DNA from: Candidatus Planktophila sp. | GTDB taxonomy: Bacteria > Actinomycetota > Actinomycetes > Nanopelagicales > Nanopelagicaceae | Direction: 5' to 3' | NCBI GenBank assembly: GCA_038905815.1 | Contig: JBCKHN010000002.1 | Coordinates: 10,916-74,915, forward strand | Length of the DNA: 64,000 nucleotides | Part shown: piece after piece, positions 30,490-40,789 of the stretch | Numbering within the stretch: the stretch's first letter is position 1 | Layout of the letters: each line of letters begins with the position of its first letter | Position numbers and translations under genes: made by a program | Notes under the pieces: generated by a model | What the model saw: only the letters and a program-made list of their open reading frames with translations | Told to the model about the DNA's origin: nothing | Database searches by the model: none

Positions 30490-31586
30490 CTTGGCCAACT
30501 TGGTTGCCAATTCGTAAAGATTTAGCCGAACTTTCACCTTACGGTGCACCGCAAGTTCGCGCAGAAGCTACTTTAAATACCAATGAGAATCCTTTCCCTC
30601 CATCATCGGATTTAGTTAAAGCAATTGCTAGCGCGGTTGAAGAAGTATCGCTCTCCCTTAATCGCTATCCAGATCGAGATGCAAAAGCGCTTCGGGCCGA
30701 TTTGGCTGGGTATATCAATGCGCTTTCAGCAACTACTTTTGGCGCAGAAAGTGTTTGGGTAGCAAATGGAAGCAATGAAATCATTCAGTCTCTCTTCTTG
30801 GCTTTTGGAGAAAGCGCGCTAGGTTTTACTCCGTCATATTCGATGCACCCGCTCATCGCTAAAGTTTCTGGCACATCGTGGTTTGACGGAAAACGTAACC
30901 CTGATTTCTCTTTCAATATTGACGCTGCGCTCTCGCAAATTAAGGTGAGAAGACCTCGATTAACTTTCTTAACAACTCCAAATAATCCAACTGGAGAAGT
31001 AGTACCGTTAAGTCAAATTGAAACGTTGGCTAACGTTATTGGTGCTTTCGGCGGCCTACTTGTAGTTGACGAGGCATATGCTGAATTTTCAGAAGAGAAA
31101 TCAGCTGTTACTTTAATTTCCAAGAGCCCTCACCTCGTTGTTGTTAGAACTATGAGTAAAGCTTTTGCATTTGCTGGCGCGCGAGTGGGGTATCTGCTAG
31201 CTGATCCTCACGTAATAGATGCCATGTTTTTGGTGCGCCTTCCGTATCATTTGAGTTCCCTCACTCAGAGCGCTGCTCGTGTTGCAATTTCGTTCAAAGA
31301 TGAATTACTCGCTGGCGTAACAAAGTTAGTACAAGGGCGGAATAGAGTTAGCGAAGAATTGATTGGGCTGGGTCTGACGGTTTTGCCGAGTAGCGCAAAC
31401 TTCCTTCTCTTCACGGGCTTTTCGCAGAGCGCGCCACAGGTATGGCAGAAACTCTTAGACCACGGTGTTTTGATTCGAGATGTCGGATTATCAGGTTTTC
31501 TTCGCGTAACAATCGGCAGCGATGCCGAAAATTTCCAATTTATTGCAGCACTTAGCGAGATACTAGCCGCAGAGGAGAAGAGATGA
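30486..31586 (+). CDS. hisC: Histidinol-phosphate aminotransferase
   Basis: LNTNENP, NRYPD, NGSNE, PNNPTG, VDEAY and [11 protein letters not shown] motifs. Confidence 0.96.
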   Translation: MTWPTWLPIRKDLAELSPYGAPQVRAEATLNTNENPFPPSSDLVKAIASAVEEVSLSLNRYPDRDAKALRADLAGYINALSATTFGAESVWVANGSNEIIQSLFLAFGESALGFTPSYSMHPLIAKVSGTSWFDGKRNPDFSFNIDAALSQIKVRRPRLTFLTTPNNPTGEVVPLSQIETLANVIGAFGGLLVVDEAYAEFSEEKSAVTLISKSPHLVVVRTMSKAFAFAGARVGYLLADPHVIDAMFLVRLPYHLSSLTQSAARVAISFKDELLAGVTKLVQGRNRVSEELIGLGLTVLPSSANFLLFTGFSQSAPQVWQKLLDHGVLIRDVGLSGFLRVTIGSDAENFQFIAALSEILAAEEKR

Positions 31587-32167
31587 GAACTGCCAGAGTT
31601 GAACGGAAGACGAAAGAGTCACATGTCATCGTTGAAATCGATTTGGATGGAGATGGAACTATCAGTATTGATACTGGAGTTCCTTTCTTCGACCACATGC
31701 TCTCGCAATTAGGAAAACACGCGGGTTTTAATTTAACTGTTAAAACCACTGGAGACATTGATGTCGATTCTCACCATAGCGTAGAAGATACTTCGCTTGC
31801 ATTCGGGCAAGCTCTACGGGAAGCGCTAGGAGATAAAGTCGGAATTCGTCGTTTCGGCGATGCAATGGTTCCGCTAGATGAGGTCTTAGTTCAAGTGGCC
31901 GTTGATCTTTCAGGTAGACCGTATTTAGTTCACCGCCAACCAGAAATTGTCGAGCTAATTGGTACTTTTGATACGACGATGGGTAAACACATTTGGGAAT
32001 CAATTGTTGCTGAGGCGAGAATTGCGCTACATATCCGCGTTTTAGAAGGCCGCAATGCCCACCATGTGTTTGAAGCACAATTTAAGGCGGTAGCACGCGC
32101 ACTTCGCGATGCGGTTTCAATAGATGGGCGAGTATCTGGCGTTCCTTCGACCAAAGGCTCTCTTTGA
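31583..32167 (+). CDS. hisB: Imidazoleglycerol-phosphate dehydratase
   Basis: [34 protein letters not shown] and VPSTKG motifs. Confidence 0.97.
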   Translation: MRTARVERKTKESHVIVEIDLDGDGTISIDTGVPFFDHMLSQLGKHAGFNLTVKTTGDIDVDSHHSVEDTSLAFGQALREALGDKVGIRRFGDAMVPLDEVLVQVAVDLSGRPYLVHRQPEIVELIGTFDTTMGKHIWESIVAEARIALHIRVLEGRNAHHVFEAQFKAVARALRDAVSIDGRVSGVPSTKGSL

Positions 32168-32766
32168 TAGCCATTCTTGATTACGGCTCAGGAAACCTTC
32201 GCTCTGCTGCGCGAGCTTTTGCGACGAGCGGTCTCGAAGTTGTTATCACTGATGATCCCAAAGTAGCCCTCGATGCTAAAGGTTTAGTTGTACCCGGTGT
32301 CGGTGCTTTTCAATCATGCATGAGTGGCATAAAGAACATTGGCGGCGATGAAATAGTTCGGATTCGAATTGCCAAGGAACGTGCCGTTTTTGGCATCTGT
32401 ATAGGAATGCAAATTCTCTTTTCCGCTGGAGAAGAACACATGCAAGATCAACCTCACGAAGGAATTGGCGTATGGCAAGGTGCAATTTCAAAATTGCAAG
32501 CACCAGTCCTTCCGCACATTGGCTGGAATACCGTTGAGGCGACAAAGGCGACCCGACTTTTACAGAGCGTAGAGAATGAGTCCTTCTATTTTGTCCATTC
32601 TTACGCTGCCAAGAAGTCGATTGGAAAGCGCGAAAGTTGGACAACGCATGGCGAGAAGTTCATTTCTGCAATTGAAGATGGATATGTGAGCGCGACACAG
32701 TTTCATCCTGAGAAATCTGGCAGAGCAGGTTTGCAGTTAATTAAGAATTGGGCAGAGAGTTTATGA
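32164..32766 (+). CDS. hisH: Imidazole glycerol phosphate synthase, glutaminase subunit
   Basis: [26 protein letters not shown] and QFHPEKS motifs. Confidence 0.97.
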   Translation: MIAILDYGSGNLRSAARAFATSGLEVVITDDPKVALDAKGLVVPGVGAFQSCMSGIKNIGGDEIVRIRIAKERAVFGICIGMQILFSAGEEHMQDQPHEGIGVWQGAISKLQAPVLPHIGWNTVEATKATRLLQSVENESFYFVHSYAAKKSIGKRESWTTHGEKFISAIEDGYVSATQFHPEKSGRAGLQLIKNWAESL

Positions 32767-33488
32767 ACTATTTAGAGCTATTGCCAGCCCTCGATGTTAA
32801 AGATGGAAGAGCAGTCCGTTTGGTGCAGGGAGAGCTTGCACGAGAGAGTATTTACGGCTCACCTCTTGAAGTTGCGTTAGAGTTTCAAGCTTGCGGTGCC
32901 GAGTGGCTACATTTAGTGGATTTGGATGCCGCTTTCGGCCGGGGAAATAACGCCGAGTTATTGGCAGAAGTTATTGGAACGCTTGACATTAAAGTCGAGT
33001 TATCGGGTGGAATTCGCGATGATGAATCGCTAAATAGAGCGCTGGCAACTGGGGCTCGCCGCATAAATCTAGGAACGGCAGCACTTGAAGATCCGCATTG
33101 GACTGCGAAAGTTATAGCGGAGTATGGGGATCGAATTGCCGTTGGTTTAGATGTGCGCGGACATACCCTTGCGGCACGCGGTTGGACGAAGGAGGGCGGA
33201 GATTTATTTGAAACGCTACAACGCCTTGATCGCGATGGTTGCCAGCGTTATGTGGTAACCGATGTTGCCAGAGATGGAACTTTAAGCGGCCCGAATCTGG
33301 AACTACTTAGATCAGTATGTGCAGCGACGACTAAACCAGTGATTGCAAGTGGTGGCATATCCTCCTTGGCAGATATTGCAGCGGTAGCCTCGCTTCGATC
33401 TTTAGGTGTGGAAGGTGTCATTGTAGGTAAAGCTTTATATGCCGGCGCGTTCACGCTCGCAGAGGCTTTGAAAGTTTCACGTACATGA
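32763..33488 (+). CDS. priA: Bifunctional phosphoribosyl isomerase PriA (HisA/TrpF)
   Basis: [30 protein letters not shown] and ARGWT (PriA Arg/Trp loop). ATG 32763 overlaps the hisH stop; there is no trpF in the trp cluster. Confidence 0.92.
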   Translation: MNYLELLPALDVKDGRAVRLVQGELARESIYGSPLEVALEFQACGAEWLHLVDLDAAFGRGNNAELLAEVIGTLDIKVELSGGIRDDESLNRALATGARRINLGTAALEDPHWTAKVIAEYGDRIAVGLDVRGHTLAARGWTKEGGDLFETLQRLDRDGCQRYVVTDVARDGTLSGPNLELLRSVCAATTKPVIASGGISSLADIAAVASLRSLGVEGVIVGKALYAGAFTLAEALKVSRT

Positions 33489-34258
33489 CGCTCTCCTCAC
33501 GCATCATTGCTTGTCTAGACGTTACTGATGGTCGAGTTGTTAAAGGAGTCAATTTTACAAATCTTGTTGATGCAGGCGACCCAGTTGAGATGGCTGCTTT
33601 ATATAACCGCGAAGGCGCTGATGAGTTAACTTTCCTTGATATTTCGGCATCGTGGCAAGGACGCGAAACAACTTTAGATATTGTGCGTCGGACTGCCCAA
33701 GAGGTATTCATCCCACTCACAGTAGGGGGTGGAATTAGGAGCGTTGAAGATGTGAATCAACTCTTGCGTGCTGGTGCAGATAAAATTTCGATTAACACTG
33801 CGGCGATTCAGCGGCCAGAGCTTATTTCAGAAATTGCCGATCGATTTGGATCGCAGGTTTTAGTTCTCTCAGTTGACGCGCGTCGAGGACGGACGAGTTC
33901 AGGTTTTGAGGTGACCACCCATGGCGGCCGCGAGAGCACTGATTTAGATGCCCTTGAGTGGATTGAAAAAGCTTGCGCACTAGGTGTGGGCGAGATATTG
34001 CTCAATTCAATGGATGCCGATGGAACTAGAGCTGGTTATGACATCGAAGCAATAACGGCGGTACGTGAAATTTGTGCAGTGCCACTTATTGCCAGCGGAG
34101 GAGCTGGGGCGCTAGCAGATTTCGCTGCGGCCCTTGACGCCGGCGCTGACGCCCTGCTAGCTGCTAGCGTTTTTCACTTCGGAATTTATCGAATAAGTGA
34201 GGTAAAAAACTACTTGCGTGCGCAGGGTTATTGCGTACGCACCGAAGCAAGTAAGTAA
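33485..34258 (+). CDS. hisF: Imidazole glycerol phosphate synthase, cyclase subunit
   Basis: [37 protein letters not shown] and AASVFH motifs. Confidence 0.97.
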   Translation: MTLSSRIIACLDVTDGRVVKGVNFTNLVDAGDPVEMAALYNREGADELTFLDISASWQGRETTLDIVRRTAQEVFIPLTVGGGIRSVEDVNQLLRAGADKISINTAAIQRPELISEIADRFGSQVLVLSVDARRGRTSSGFEVTTHGGRESTDLDALEWIEKACALGVGEILLNSMDADGTRAGYDIEAITAVREICAVPLIASGGAGALADFAAALDAGADALLAASVFHFGIYRISEVKNYLRAQGYCVRTEASK

Positions 34259-34273
34259 GGCACAATTTGCGGT

Positions 34274-34618
34274 ATGAATATTGAATTATCTGATGAGGTG
34301 CGGGCCCTGCTAAAAGACCCAACAGCTCTTATTCCAGCTATTGCTCAAGATTTTTCTTCGAAAGAAGTTTTAATGTTGGCCTATATGAACTCGGAAGCTT
34401 TAGCGATAACTATTGCCACTGGCAAAGCTACTTATTGGAGTCGCTCTCGCAATGAGTTATGGGTAAAAGGTGCGACATCGGGTGATACGCAAGCAGTGAA
34501 AACTATTTCTCTCGACTGCGATGGCGATGCAATATTACTTCGGGTACATCAAGTTGGGGCGCCCTGCCATACCGGGGCCCAGACTTGCTTCCATCGAGCG
34601 ATTGCGTTTAAGGCATAA
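34274..34618 (+). CDS. hisI: Phosphoribosyl-AMP cyclohydrolase
   Basis: [27 protein letters not shown] and CHTG..TCF motifs. Confidence 0.97.
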   Translation: MNIELSDEVRALLKDPTALIPAIAQDFSSKEVLMLAYMNSEALAITIATGKATYWSRSRNELWVKGATSGDTQAVKTISLDCDGDAILLRVHQVGAPCHTGAQTCFHRAIAFKA

Positions 34619-34621
34619 GTA

Positions 34622-36109
34622 ATGAATCTGGTCGAGTTCAGGAGTTATGCGAAAGATTTCAATGTAATTCCAGTCTCTCGCAAATTGTTAGCTGATGGTG
34701 AAACTCCGCTTGGTGTTTACCGCAAGCTTGCAAAAAACCTTCCGAATACTTTTCTACTTGAATCAGCTGAACATGGCGGCGCGTGGTCGAGATACTCCTT
34801 TATTGGAGTGCGAAGTCAAGCCACGTTGAGCGAAAGAAGTGGGCTAGCAATCTGGGAAGGTACCGCCCCTGCTGGCGCTCCGATGGGGATAGACCCACTT
34901 GTTGCGCTACGGATTGCATCGCGCCATTTAAAATCGCCAAAGATTTCTGGCTTACCGCCACTTACCGGCGGATTAGTTGGGTACATGTCTTATGACGCTG
35001 TCCGCCGATTAGAAAAACTTCCTGATTTAAGCGAGAAAGACATTTGTCTTCCGGAGATAGCTTTTATTTTGACGAGCGATTTAGCAGTTATGGACCATAG
35101 CGATGGAACGATCACTTTGATTGCCAATGCCATCAACTGGGATGGCGGAGGAGGCGGCGCTGATGAGGCTTTTTCTCGCGCGCAAGAGCGACTCGACCGA
35201 ATGCAGCTCGAACTCCAAGCACCTTTGCCAGGAAGCTCCATCGAACTTGGAGCCGTAGAAATTCCGGTTTTTACCGCCAATATAAGTGGAGAAGAATATA
35301 GAAATAGCATTCTTCGCGCGAAAGAAGAGATTTTTGCAGGTGAAGCGTTCCAAATTGTTCTCTCGCAGAGATTTTCCATGGAATGTAGCGCCGATGCACT
35401 AGATGTTTACCGCATGTTAAGGCTGCAAAATCCAAGTCCGTACATGTACCTCTTCAGATTTAGCGACGGTATTGAAATTGTTGGTTCAAGTCCGGAAGCC
35501 CTAGTTAAAGTTACGGAGCGTGCAGTCATGATCCGCCCAATTGCAGGCACTCGAAAGCGCTCATCTTCGCCTGAAGAAGACCATCGACTCGCTGAAGAGT
35601 TGCTCGCTGATCCAAAAGAACGCGCAGAACATTTGATGTTAGTCGATTTAGGAAGAAATGATTTAGGACGAGTTTGTACACCGGGTTCGGTGGAAGTTAT
35701 TGACTTCATGCATATTGAACGTTTTTCACATGTGATGCATATAGCTTCAACAGTTATAGGAAAACTTGCTGCTGATAAAACTCCTATCGATGTTCTCTTT
35801 TCCGTTTTTCCCGCTGGGACTTTAAGCGGTGCGCCTAAACCGCGAGCCATGGAAATTATTGAAGAGTTCGAAAATACCCGCAGGGGGCTCTACGGTGGGG
35901 CGATAGGGTATTTAGATTTCACTGGAAATATAGATACCTGTATCGCGATTCGCACCGCGCTGCTAGTTAGAGGCAGAGCTTACGTTCAAGCTGGCGCAGG
36001 AGTTGTGGCTGACTCTGATCCAGAATCTGAAAACCAAGAGTGCCACAATAAAGCCGCTGCAGTTCTATGGGCTATTAGCGCGGCAAATTCTTTGGCAATT
36101 AAGCCATGA
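34622..36109 (+). CDS. trpE: Anthranilate synthase component I
   Basis: FLLESAE, GEAFQIVLSQRF, NPSPYMY, PIAGT, EHLMLVDLGRND and GTLSGAPK motifs. Confidence 0.96.
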   Translation: MNLVEFRSYAKDFNVIPVSRKLLADGETPLGVYRKLAKNLPNTFLLESAEHGGAWSRYSFIGVRSQATLSERSGLAIWEGTAPAGAPMGIDPLVALRIASRHLKSPKISGLPPLTGGLVGYMSYDAVRRLEKLPDLSEKDICLPEIAFILTSDLAVMDHSDGTITLIANAINWDGGGGGADEAFSRAQERLDRMQLELQAPLPGSSIELGAVEIPVFTANISGEEYRNSILRAKEEIFAGEAFQIVLSQRFSMECSADALDVYRMLRLQNPSPYMYLFRFSDGIEIVGSSPEALVKVTERAVMIRPIAGTRKRSSSPEEDHRLAEELLADPKERAEHLMLVDLGRNDLGRVCTPGSVEVIDFMHIERFSHVMHIASTVIGKLAADKTPIDVLFSVFPAGTLSGAPKPRAMEIIEEFENTRRGLYGGAIGYLDFTGNIDTCIAIRTALLVRGRAYVQAGAGVVADSDPESENQECHNKAAAVLWAISAANSLAIKP

Positions 36110-36282
36110 AATCTCTTGCACCGATATTTTTTTCGTGCGCCATTCTTTTGGGATTACTCCTATTGATAGGCAAGAAGTTTAATTTGTCTCAGAAATACCA
36201 CCGCAAACCGCACACCTTCACTCCTTGGAGCGCGCTCGATAGTGGAATCGATCCCACGATTTCCGATGAGGAGAAATTGTGA
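36106..36282 (+). CDS. 58-aa miniature Trp biosynthesis-associated membrane protein (not in ORF track)
   Basis: My translation: [58 protein letters not shown]. It has an ATGA overlap with the trpE stop, a GTGA overlap with the trpC start, and the family's W.ALD.G.DPT motif. Confidence 0.85.
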   Translation: MKSLAPIFFSCAILLGLLLLIGKKFNLSQKYHRKPHTFTPWSALDSGIDPTISDEEKL

Positions 36283-37064
36283 GCGTTCTCGATTCGATTA
36301 TTGAAGGGGTTCGTGAGGATCTCGCAGAGCGGCGTTTATCTATGGCGCAATTGCGCGAGCAGTTAGACCAAGTTCGACCGCCCCTTGATGCGCTAACTTT
36401 TTTCGGCACGGAAAACATTTCAGTAATTGCCGAAATAAAAAGGTCTTCGCCAAGTAAAGGTGCGTTAGCAGAAATACCGAATCCAGCAGCGTTAGCGCAG
36501 CAGTATCAAGAAGGCGGAGCCAGCGCTATTAGTGTTTTAACAGAGAAGCGACGTTTCGGTGGGTCGATTGAAGATCTCGCGGCGGTGCGCGCAGCGGTCT
36601 CTATCCCAATCTTACGTAAAGACTTCATGGTTGATGGCTATCAATTTTATGAAGCTAGAGCCATTGGCGCTGACTTAGTTCTGCTCATTGTCGCTGCACT
36701 TAGCGCAAACCAACTCGATGACTATCACCATCTGACGCGAGAGTTAGGCATGCGTGCCTTGGTGGAAGTTCATACTCACGATGAGCTCGAACGTGCTCTT
36801 GAAATTTCCCCAGATATTGTGGGAGTTAATTCACGGAATCTAAAAACTCTTGCGGTGGATTCAAGTGCTTTTTCTAGGTTAATCCCATTGTTACCAGAGA
36901 CCCTAATACGCGTGGCCGAATCTGGAATCTCAACTCGTAAAGATGTTCAATACGCCCAAGAGTGTGGGGCCACAGCAATATTGGTGGGAGAGAGGTTAGT
37001 TAAATCAGATGATCCTCGCGCAACCATCCGCGATTTGCAGGGCCTCGATAGGATTGCCAAATGA
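36279..37064 (+). CDS. trpC: Indole-3-glycerol phosphate synthase
   Basis: [34 protein letters not shown] and AESGI motifs. Confidence 0.97.
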   Translation: MSVLDSIIEGVREDLAERRLSMAQLREQLDQVRPPLDALTFFGTENISVIAEIKRSSPSKGALAEIPNPAALAQQYQEGGASAISVLTEKRRFGGSIEDLAAVRAAVSIPILRKDFMVDGYQFYEARAIGADLVLLIVAALSANQLDDYHHLTRELGMRALVEVHTHDELERALEISPDIVGVNSRNLKTLAVDSSAFSRLIPLLPETLIRVAESGISTRKDVQYAQECGATAILVGERLVKSDDPRATIRDLQGLDRIAK

Positions 37065-38263
37065 CTACTCGCGATAGAGATAGCGATCTTGCTGGTCATT
37101 TCGGCAGATATGGCGGGCGTTTCGTACCTGAAGCTCTCATCGGGGCTTTGGAAGAGTTAGCGCTGGCACATAACGAAGCGCAGCAAGACCCAGCGTTTCT
37201 TGGCGAGCTGGCCGAGTTGCATCGCACCTATACCGGGCGGCCCAGCGTTCTTACCCAAGCGCATCGTTTTGCAGAGCATGCGGGTGGTGCGCGCATTTTG
37301 CTCAAACGGGAAGACCTTAATCACACTGGAAGCCATAAAATAAATAACGTTCTTGGTCAAGCGCTTCTGACCAGGCGAATGGGCAAGAAGCGCATCATCG
37401 CAGAAACAGGCGCGGGCCAACACGGGGTTGCTTGCGCAACTGTAGCGGCACTTATGGGGTTCGACTGTGTTATCTATATGGGTGAAGAAGACACCCGCCG
37501 ACAAGCGCTAAATGTGGCACGTATGAAACTTCTTGGTGCCCAAGTTGTTCCAGTTTTGACGGGGTCTAGGACTTTGAAAGACGCAATCAACGAAGCCATG
37601 CGCGACTGGGTTACCAATGTTGAAAGTACACATTACTTATTAGGCACTGTTGCTGGCCCCCATCCATTCCCAACGATGGTCCGTGATTTCCAGAAAATTA
37701 TTGGCGTTGAAGCCCGCGCACAAGTTTTGGCGCTAACTGGGCGCTTACCGGACGCGGTTCTGGCTTGTGTAGGGGGTGGATCAAATGCAATTGGTATCTT
37801 CCATGAGTTCATTCCTGATTTATCGGTCCGTTTAATCGGATTTGAAGCTGGGGGAGACGGAGTCGAAACCGGTCGTCATGCCGCAGCGATTACCGGAGGA
37901 TCTCCGGGAGTTTTACACGGTACGCGTTCGTATATTTTGCAAGATGCCAATGGTCAGACAGTGGCATCACATTCAATTTCAGCAGGTTTAGATTATCCAG
38001 GCGTAGGTCCTGAACATGCTTATCTTCATGACACTGGCCGCGCGCAATACCGAGCAATAACTGATGCCCAAGCAATGCACGCTTTTGCACTCTTCGCTAA
38101 AACAGAGGGAATTATTCCCGCAATTGAAAGTGCTCACGCACTTGCTGGAGCGATAGATATCGGTAAAGAACTTGGCCCAGATGCAACGCTTTTGATTAAT
38201 CTCTCTGGGCGTGGCGATAAAGATGTACAGACCGCGGCAGAATATTTTGGGATTCCACTGTAG
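37061..38263 (+). CDS. trpB: Tryptophan synthase beta subunit
   Basis: [34 protein letters not shown] and [13 protein letters not shown] motifs. Confidence 0.98.
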   Translation: MTTRDRDSDLAGHFGRYGGRFVPEALIGALEELALAHNEAQQDPAFLGELAELHRTYTGRPSVLTQAHRFAEHAGGARILLKREDLNHTGSHKINNVLGQALLTRRMGKKRIIAETGAGQHGVACATVAALMGFDCVIYMGEEDTRRQALNVARMKLLGAQVVPVLTGSRTLKDAINEAMRDWVTNVESTHYLLGTVAGPHPFPTMVRDFQKIIGVEARAQVLALTGRLPDAVLACVGGGSNAIGIFHEFIPDLSVRLIGFEAGGDGVETGRHAAAITGGSPGVLHGTRSYILQDANGQTVASHSISAGLDYPGVGPEHAYLHDTGRAQYRAITDAQAMHAFALFAKTEGIIPAIESAHALAGAIDIGKELGPDATLLINLSGRGDKDVQTAAEYFGIPL

Positions 38264-39069
38264 TGGCCGCTTCATTGGTCGAGCTATTCGCGCGGTCGCG
38301 TTGTGAAAATCGCGCCGCACTTATTGCGTATATTCCTGCCGGCTTCCCATCTCAAAGCTATTGCCAGAACGCAATTCGAACCCTTGGCGCAGCTGGTGTT
38401 GATGCAATCGAAATAGGTTTTCCTTACAGCGATCCAGTGATGGACGGACCAACAATTCAAGCTGCTGCGCAAATTGCACTTCAAAATGGCACCGGTGCCA
38501 GAGAAGTTTTTAGCGCGTTAAAAGTTGCAGTGGATTGTGGTGTTGCAGGAATCGTGATGACTTATTGGAACCCCATTGAAAAATATGGAGTGAGTCAGTT
38601 TGCGCAAGAGTTGGCGAGAAATGGTGGCGCCGGTGTTATTACCCCTGATTTAACAATTGAAGAATCTCGCGAGTGGCGCGCAGAAACTGGTAAGTGCGAG
38701 ATCGATACTATTTTTGTTGTTGCTCCAAGCACCAGCGATGCTCGACTTGAGCGAGTTACATCGGTGTGCAGTGGGTTTATTTATGCCGCGAGTTTGATGG
38801 GAGTAACTGGAGCACGCACAAGTATGTCTCGCGGCGCTAGCGAATTAGTTTCACGAATTAGAAAAGTTTCGACCCTACCGATTGCAGTCGGTTTAGGAGT
38901 TTCAACTCGAGCGCAAGCTAAAGAGGTGGCTGCCTTCGCTGATGGCGTTATCGTTGGCTCAGCTTTCATCAAACTTCTCCTCGATGCTCCGGATGAGAAA
39001 TCAGGGTTGGCAGCAATTTCTAAATTGGCGCAAGAGCTATCACTTGGCGTTCGCGAGGGACGAGCGTGA
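38263..39069 (+). CDS. trpA: Tryptophan synthase alpha subunit
   Basis: EIGFPYSDPVMDGPTIQ, MTYWNP, GVTGAR and ADGVIVGSA motifs. Confidence 0.97.
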   Translation: MAASLVELFARSRCENRAALIAYIPAGFPSQSYCQNAIRTLGAAGVDAIEIGFPYSDPVMDGPTIQAAAQIALQNGTGAREVFSALKVAVDCGVAGIVMTYWNPIEKYGVSQFAQELARNGGAGVITPDLTIEESREWRAETGKCEIDTIFVVAPSTSDARLERVTSVCSGFIYAASLMGVTGARTSMSRGASELVSRIRKVSTLPIAVGLGVSTRAQAKEVAAFADGVIVGSAFIKLLLDAPDEKSGLAAISKLAQELSLGVREGRA

Positions 39070-39151
39070 AAGCTGCCCAAGTTCATCGAGCTTATTTCTT
39101 TGAGACTCTAAGAGATTTTGGTAAGGTCGCACATGAAATCAAGGAGTAGCG

Positions 39152-39970
39152 ATGTCTAAGAGCGCTTTCATTCCAACACCGGATTCATCGGCGCTGGCAT
39201 TGGGGCCTTTCACGATTCATTACTACGCGCTTTGTATTATTGCTGGTGTAGCAATTGCAATCTGGTTAGGCGATAAGCGATTTAGAAAAGTTGCAACGAA
39301 TGGAAAATCAATTGTCTCTGAAGTCGCAATATATGCACTGCCTATGGGGGTGATTGGCGGTCGGATTTATCACGTTATTACTTCTCCTGCCGCTTATTTT
39401 GGTGCCCAAGGTCAGGTCATTGATGCGTTCAAAATTTGGCAAGGAGGGCTAGGAATTTGGGGCGCTATCTCTCTCGGCACTATTGGAGCATGGTGGCGTT
39501 ATCGGCAGTTAGCTAAGCGAATTGAACTTCCACCTTTTGCACTCTTTCTTGACGCACTCGCTCCGGGAGTTCTCTTGGCACAAGCGGTTGGAAGATTTGG
39601 CAATTGGTTTAACGGAGAGCTTTTCGGAAGACCACTCGAAGCTCCTTGGGCTTTGGAGATTCCACGTTCATTGCGCCCTTTTGAATTTCAAGGCTTTTCA
39701 ACTTTCCATCCGACATTTCTCTACGAAGCGATATGGTGCACGCTTTTGGCACTTCTCCTTATTTATTTTGGTCAAAGATTAAAACCAGGTCAGACTTTCG
39801 CGCTCTATATATTGGGTTATTGTTTCGGGCGCTTCTTTATTGAGATGATCCGAATCGATGCAGCAAGTATGATCTTCGGAGTACGAGTAAATGTATGGGT
39901 TAGCGCACTCGTTGCTTTCGGCGCCGCGCTTTCATATTTTAAAATCTCGAAAAAAATAGAGCTAGGGTAG
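39152..39970 (+). CDS. lgt: Prolipoprotein diacylglyceryl transferase
   Basis: GGRIYHV, IWQGGLGIWG, QAVGRFGNWFN.ELFG and HPTFLYE motifs. Confidence 0.96.
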   Translation: MSKSAFIPTPDSSALALGPFTIHYYALCIIAGVAIAIWLGDKRFRKVATNGKSIVSEVAIYALPMGVIGGRIYHVITSPAAYFGAQGQVIDAFKIWQGGLGIWGAISLGTIGAWWRYRQLAKRIELPPFALFLDALAPGVLLAQAVGRFGNWFNGELFGRPLEAPWALEIPRSLRPFEFQGFSTFHPTFLYEAIWCTLLALLLIYFGQRLKPGQTFALYILGYCFGRFFIEMIRIDAASMIFGVRVNVWVSALVAFGAALSYFKISKKIELG

Positions 39971-39980
39971 ACTCTCATAC

Positions 39981-40688
39981 ATGCCACTTGAAGAGGTCTA
40001 CCAGCGAAATTTAGAGCATCGAACCCACCGCTCTGGCTGGTTACGTGCTGCAATTCTTGGAGCTAATGATGGTTTGGTATCTACTGCGGCTCTGATGATT
40101 GGCGTAGCTGCGGCTCGAGCTGATGACTTTCTGATCACTGCTGGCATAGCTGGGATTTCGGCAGGTGCTATGTCGATGGCAGTTGGTGAATACGTTTCAG
40201 TCCGTTCGCAGCGAGATATTGAAGAGTCAGAGTACATCTTGGAGAAATCGCATCTTGAAATTGATCCTGAAGGCGAATTGCTAGAACTTCGAGACATATA
40301 CATTGATCGAGGGTTAACGCCATCACTCGCCCACCAAGTTGCCGTTGCGATGCATGAAAAAGATGCTCTCGCTGCCCACTTACGTGATGAGCTTGGACAG
40401 CATCCACATAGCAAGGCTCGTCCAATACAGGCAGCCATTGCTTCAGCGCTAAGTTTCACTCTCGGTGGACTTATTCCTTTCATGGGTGCTTTCGCGCCCA
40501 CCACGGGGAGTAAAGCATGGAGCATCGTTATATTCGCAATTGTTGGTCTTCTCGTAACTGGCGCTATTGGAGGAAGAATCGCTGGCTCCAAAACGCTGGC
40601 TCCGACTATTCGTGTTCTATTGGGCGGTTCTCTTGCCATGTTAATCACTGCTGGAATTGGACAACTTGCGCACTTGAGTGGAATTTAG
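39981..40688 (+). CDS. VIT1/CCC1-family Fe/Mn transporter
   Basis: WLRAAILGANDGLVS, GAMSMAVGEYVSV.SQ.D and H.RDELG motifs. Confidence 0.93.
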   Translation: MPLEEVYQRNLEHRTHRSGWLRAAILGANDGLVSTAALMIGVAAARADDFLITAGIAGISAGAMSMAVGEYVSVRSQRDIEESEYILEKSHLEIDPEGELLELRDIYIDRGLTPSLAHQVAVAMHEKDALAAHLRDELGQHPHSKARPIQAAIASALSFTLGGLIPFMGAFAPTTGSKAWSIVIFAIVGLLVTGAIGGRIAGSKTLAPTIRVLLGGSLAMLITAGIGQLAHLSGI

Positions 40689-40789
40689 TTAGTTAGAAAC
40701 TTCTCTCTTACCGCACTTAGCGCTACTCTATCCACCAGAGATGGGCCAAAGTTGTCCCGCAACATCTAAGACAACAGAGGTAAATAGCC

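Noticed and set aside
34622-39069. Missing trpF, trpG, trpD, hisG and hisE as pathway gaps
   Set aside because: PriA supplies TrpF activity, and the others are normally encoded elsewhere in Actinobacteria; absence cannot be judged from this window.
39998-40648. Long antisense ORFs (216 aa here; also 17567..18151, 23272..23820, 47360..47860, 54533..55147)
   Set aside because: They are shadows of conserved sense genes, with no recognisable motifs or start signals.
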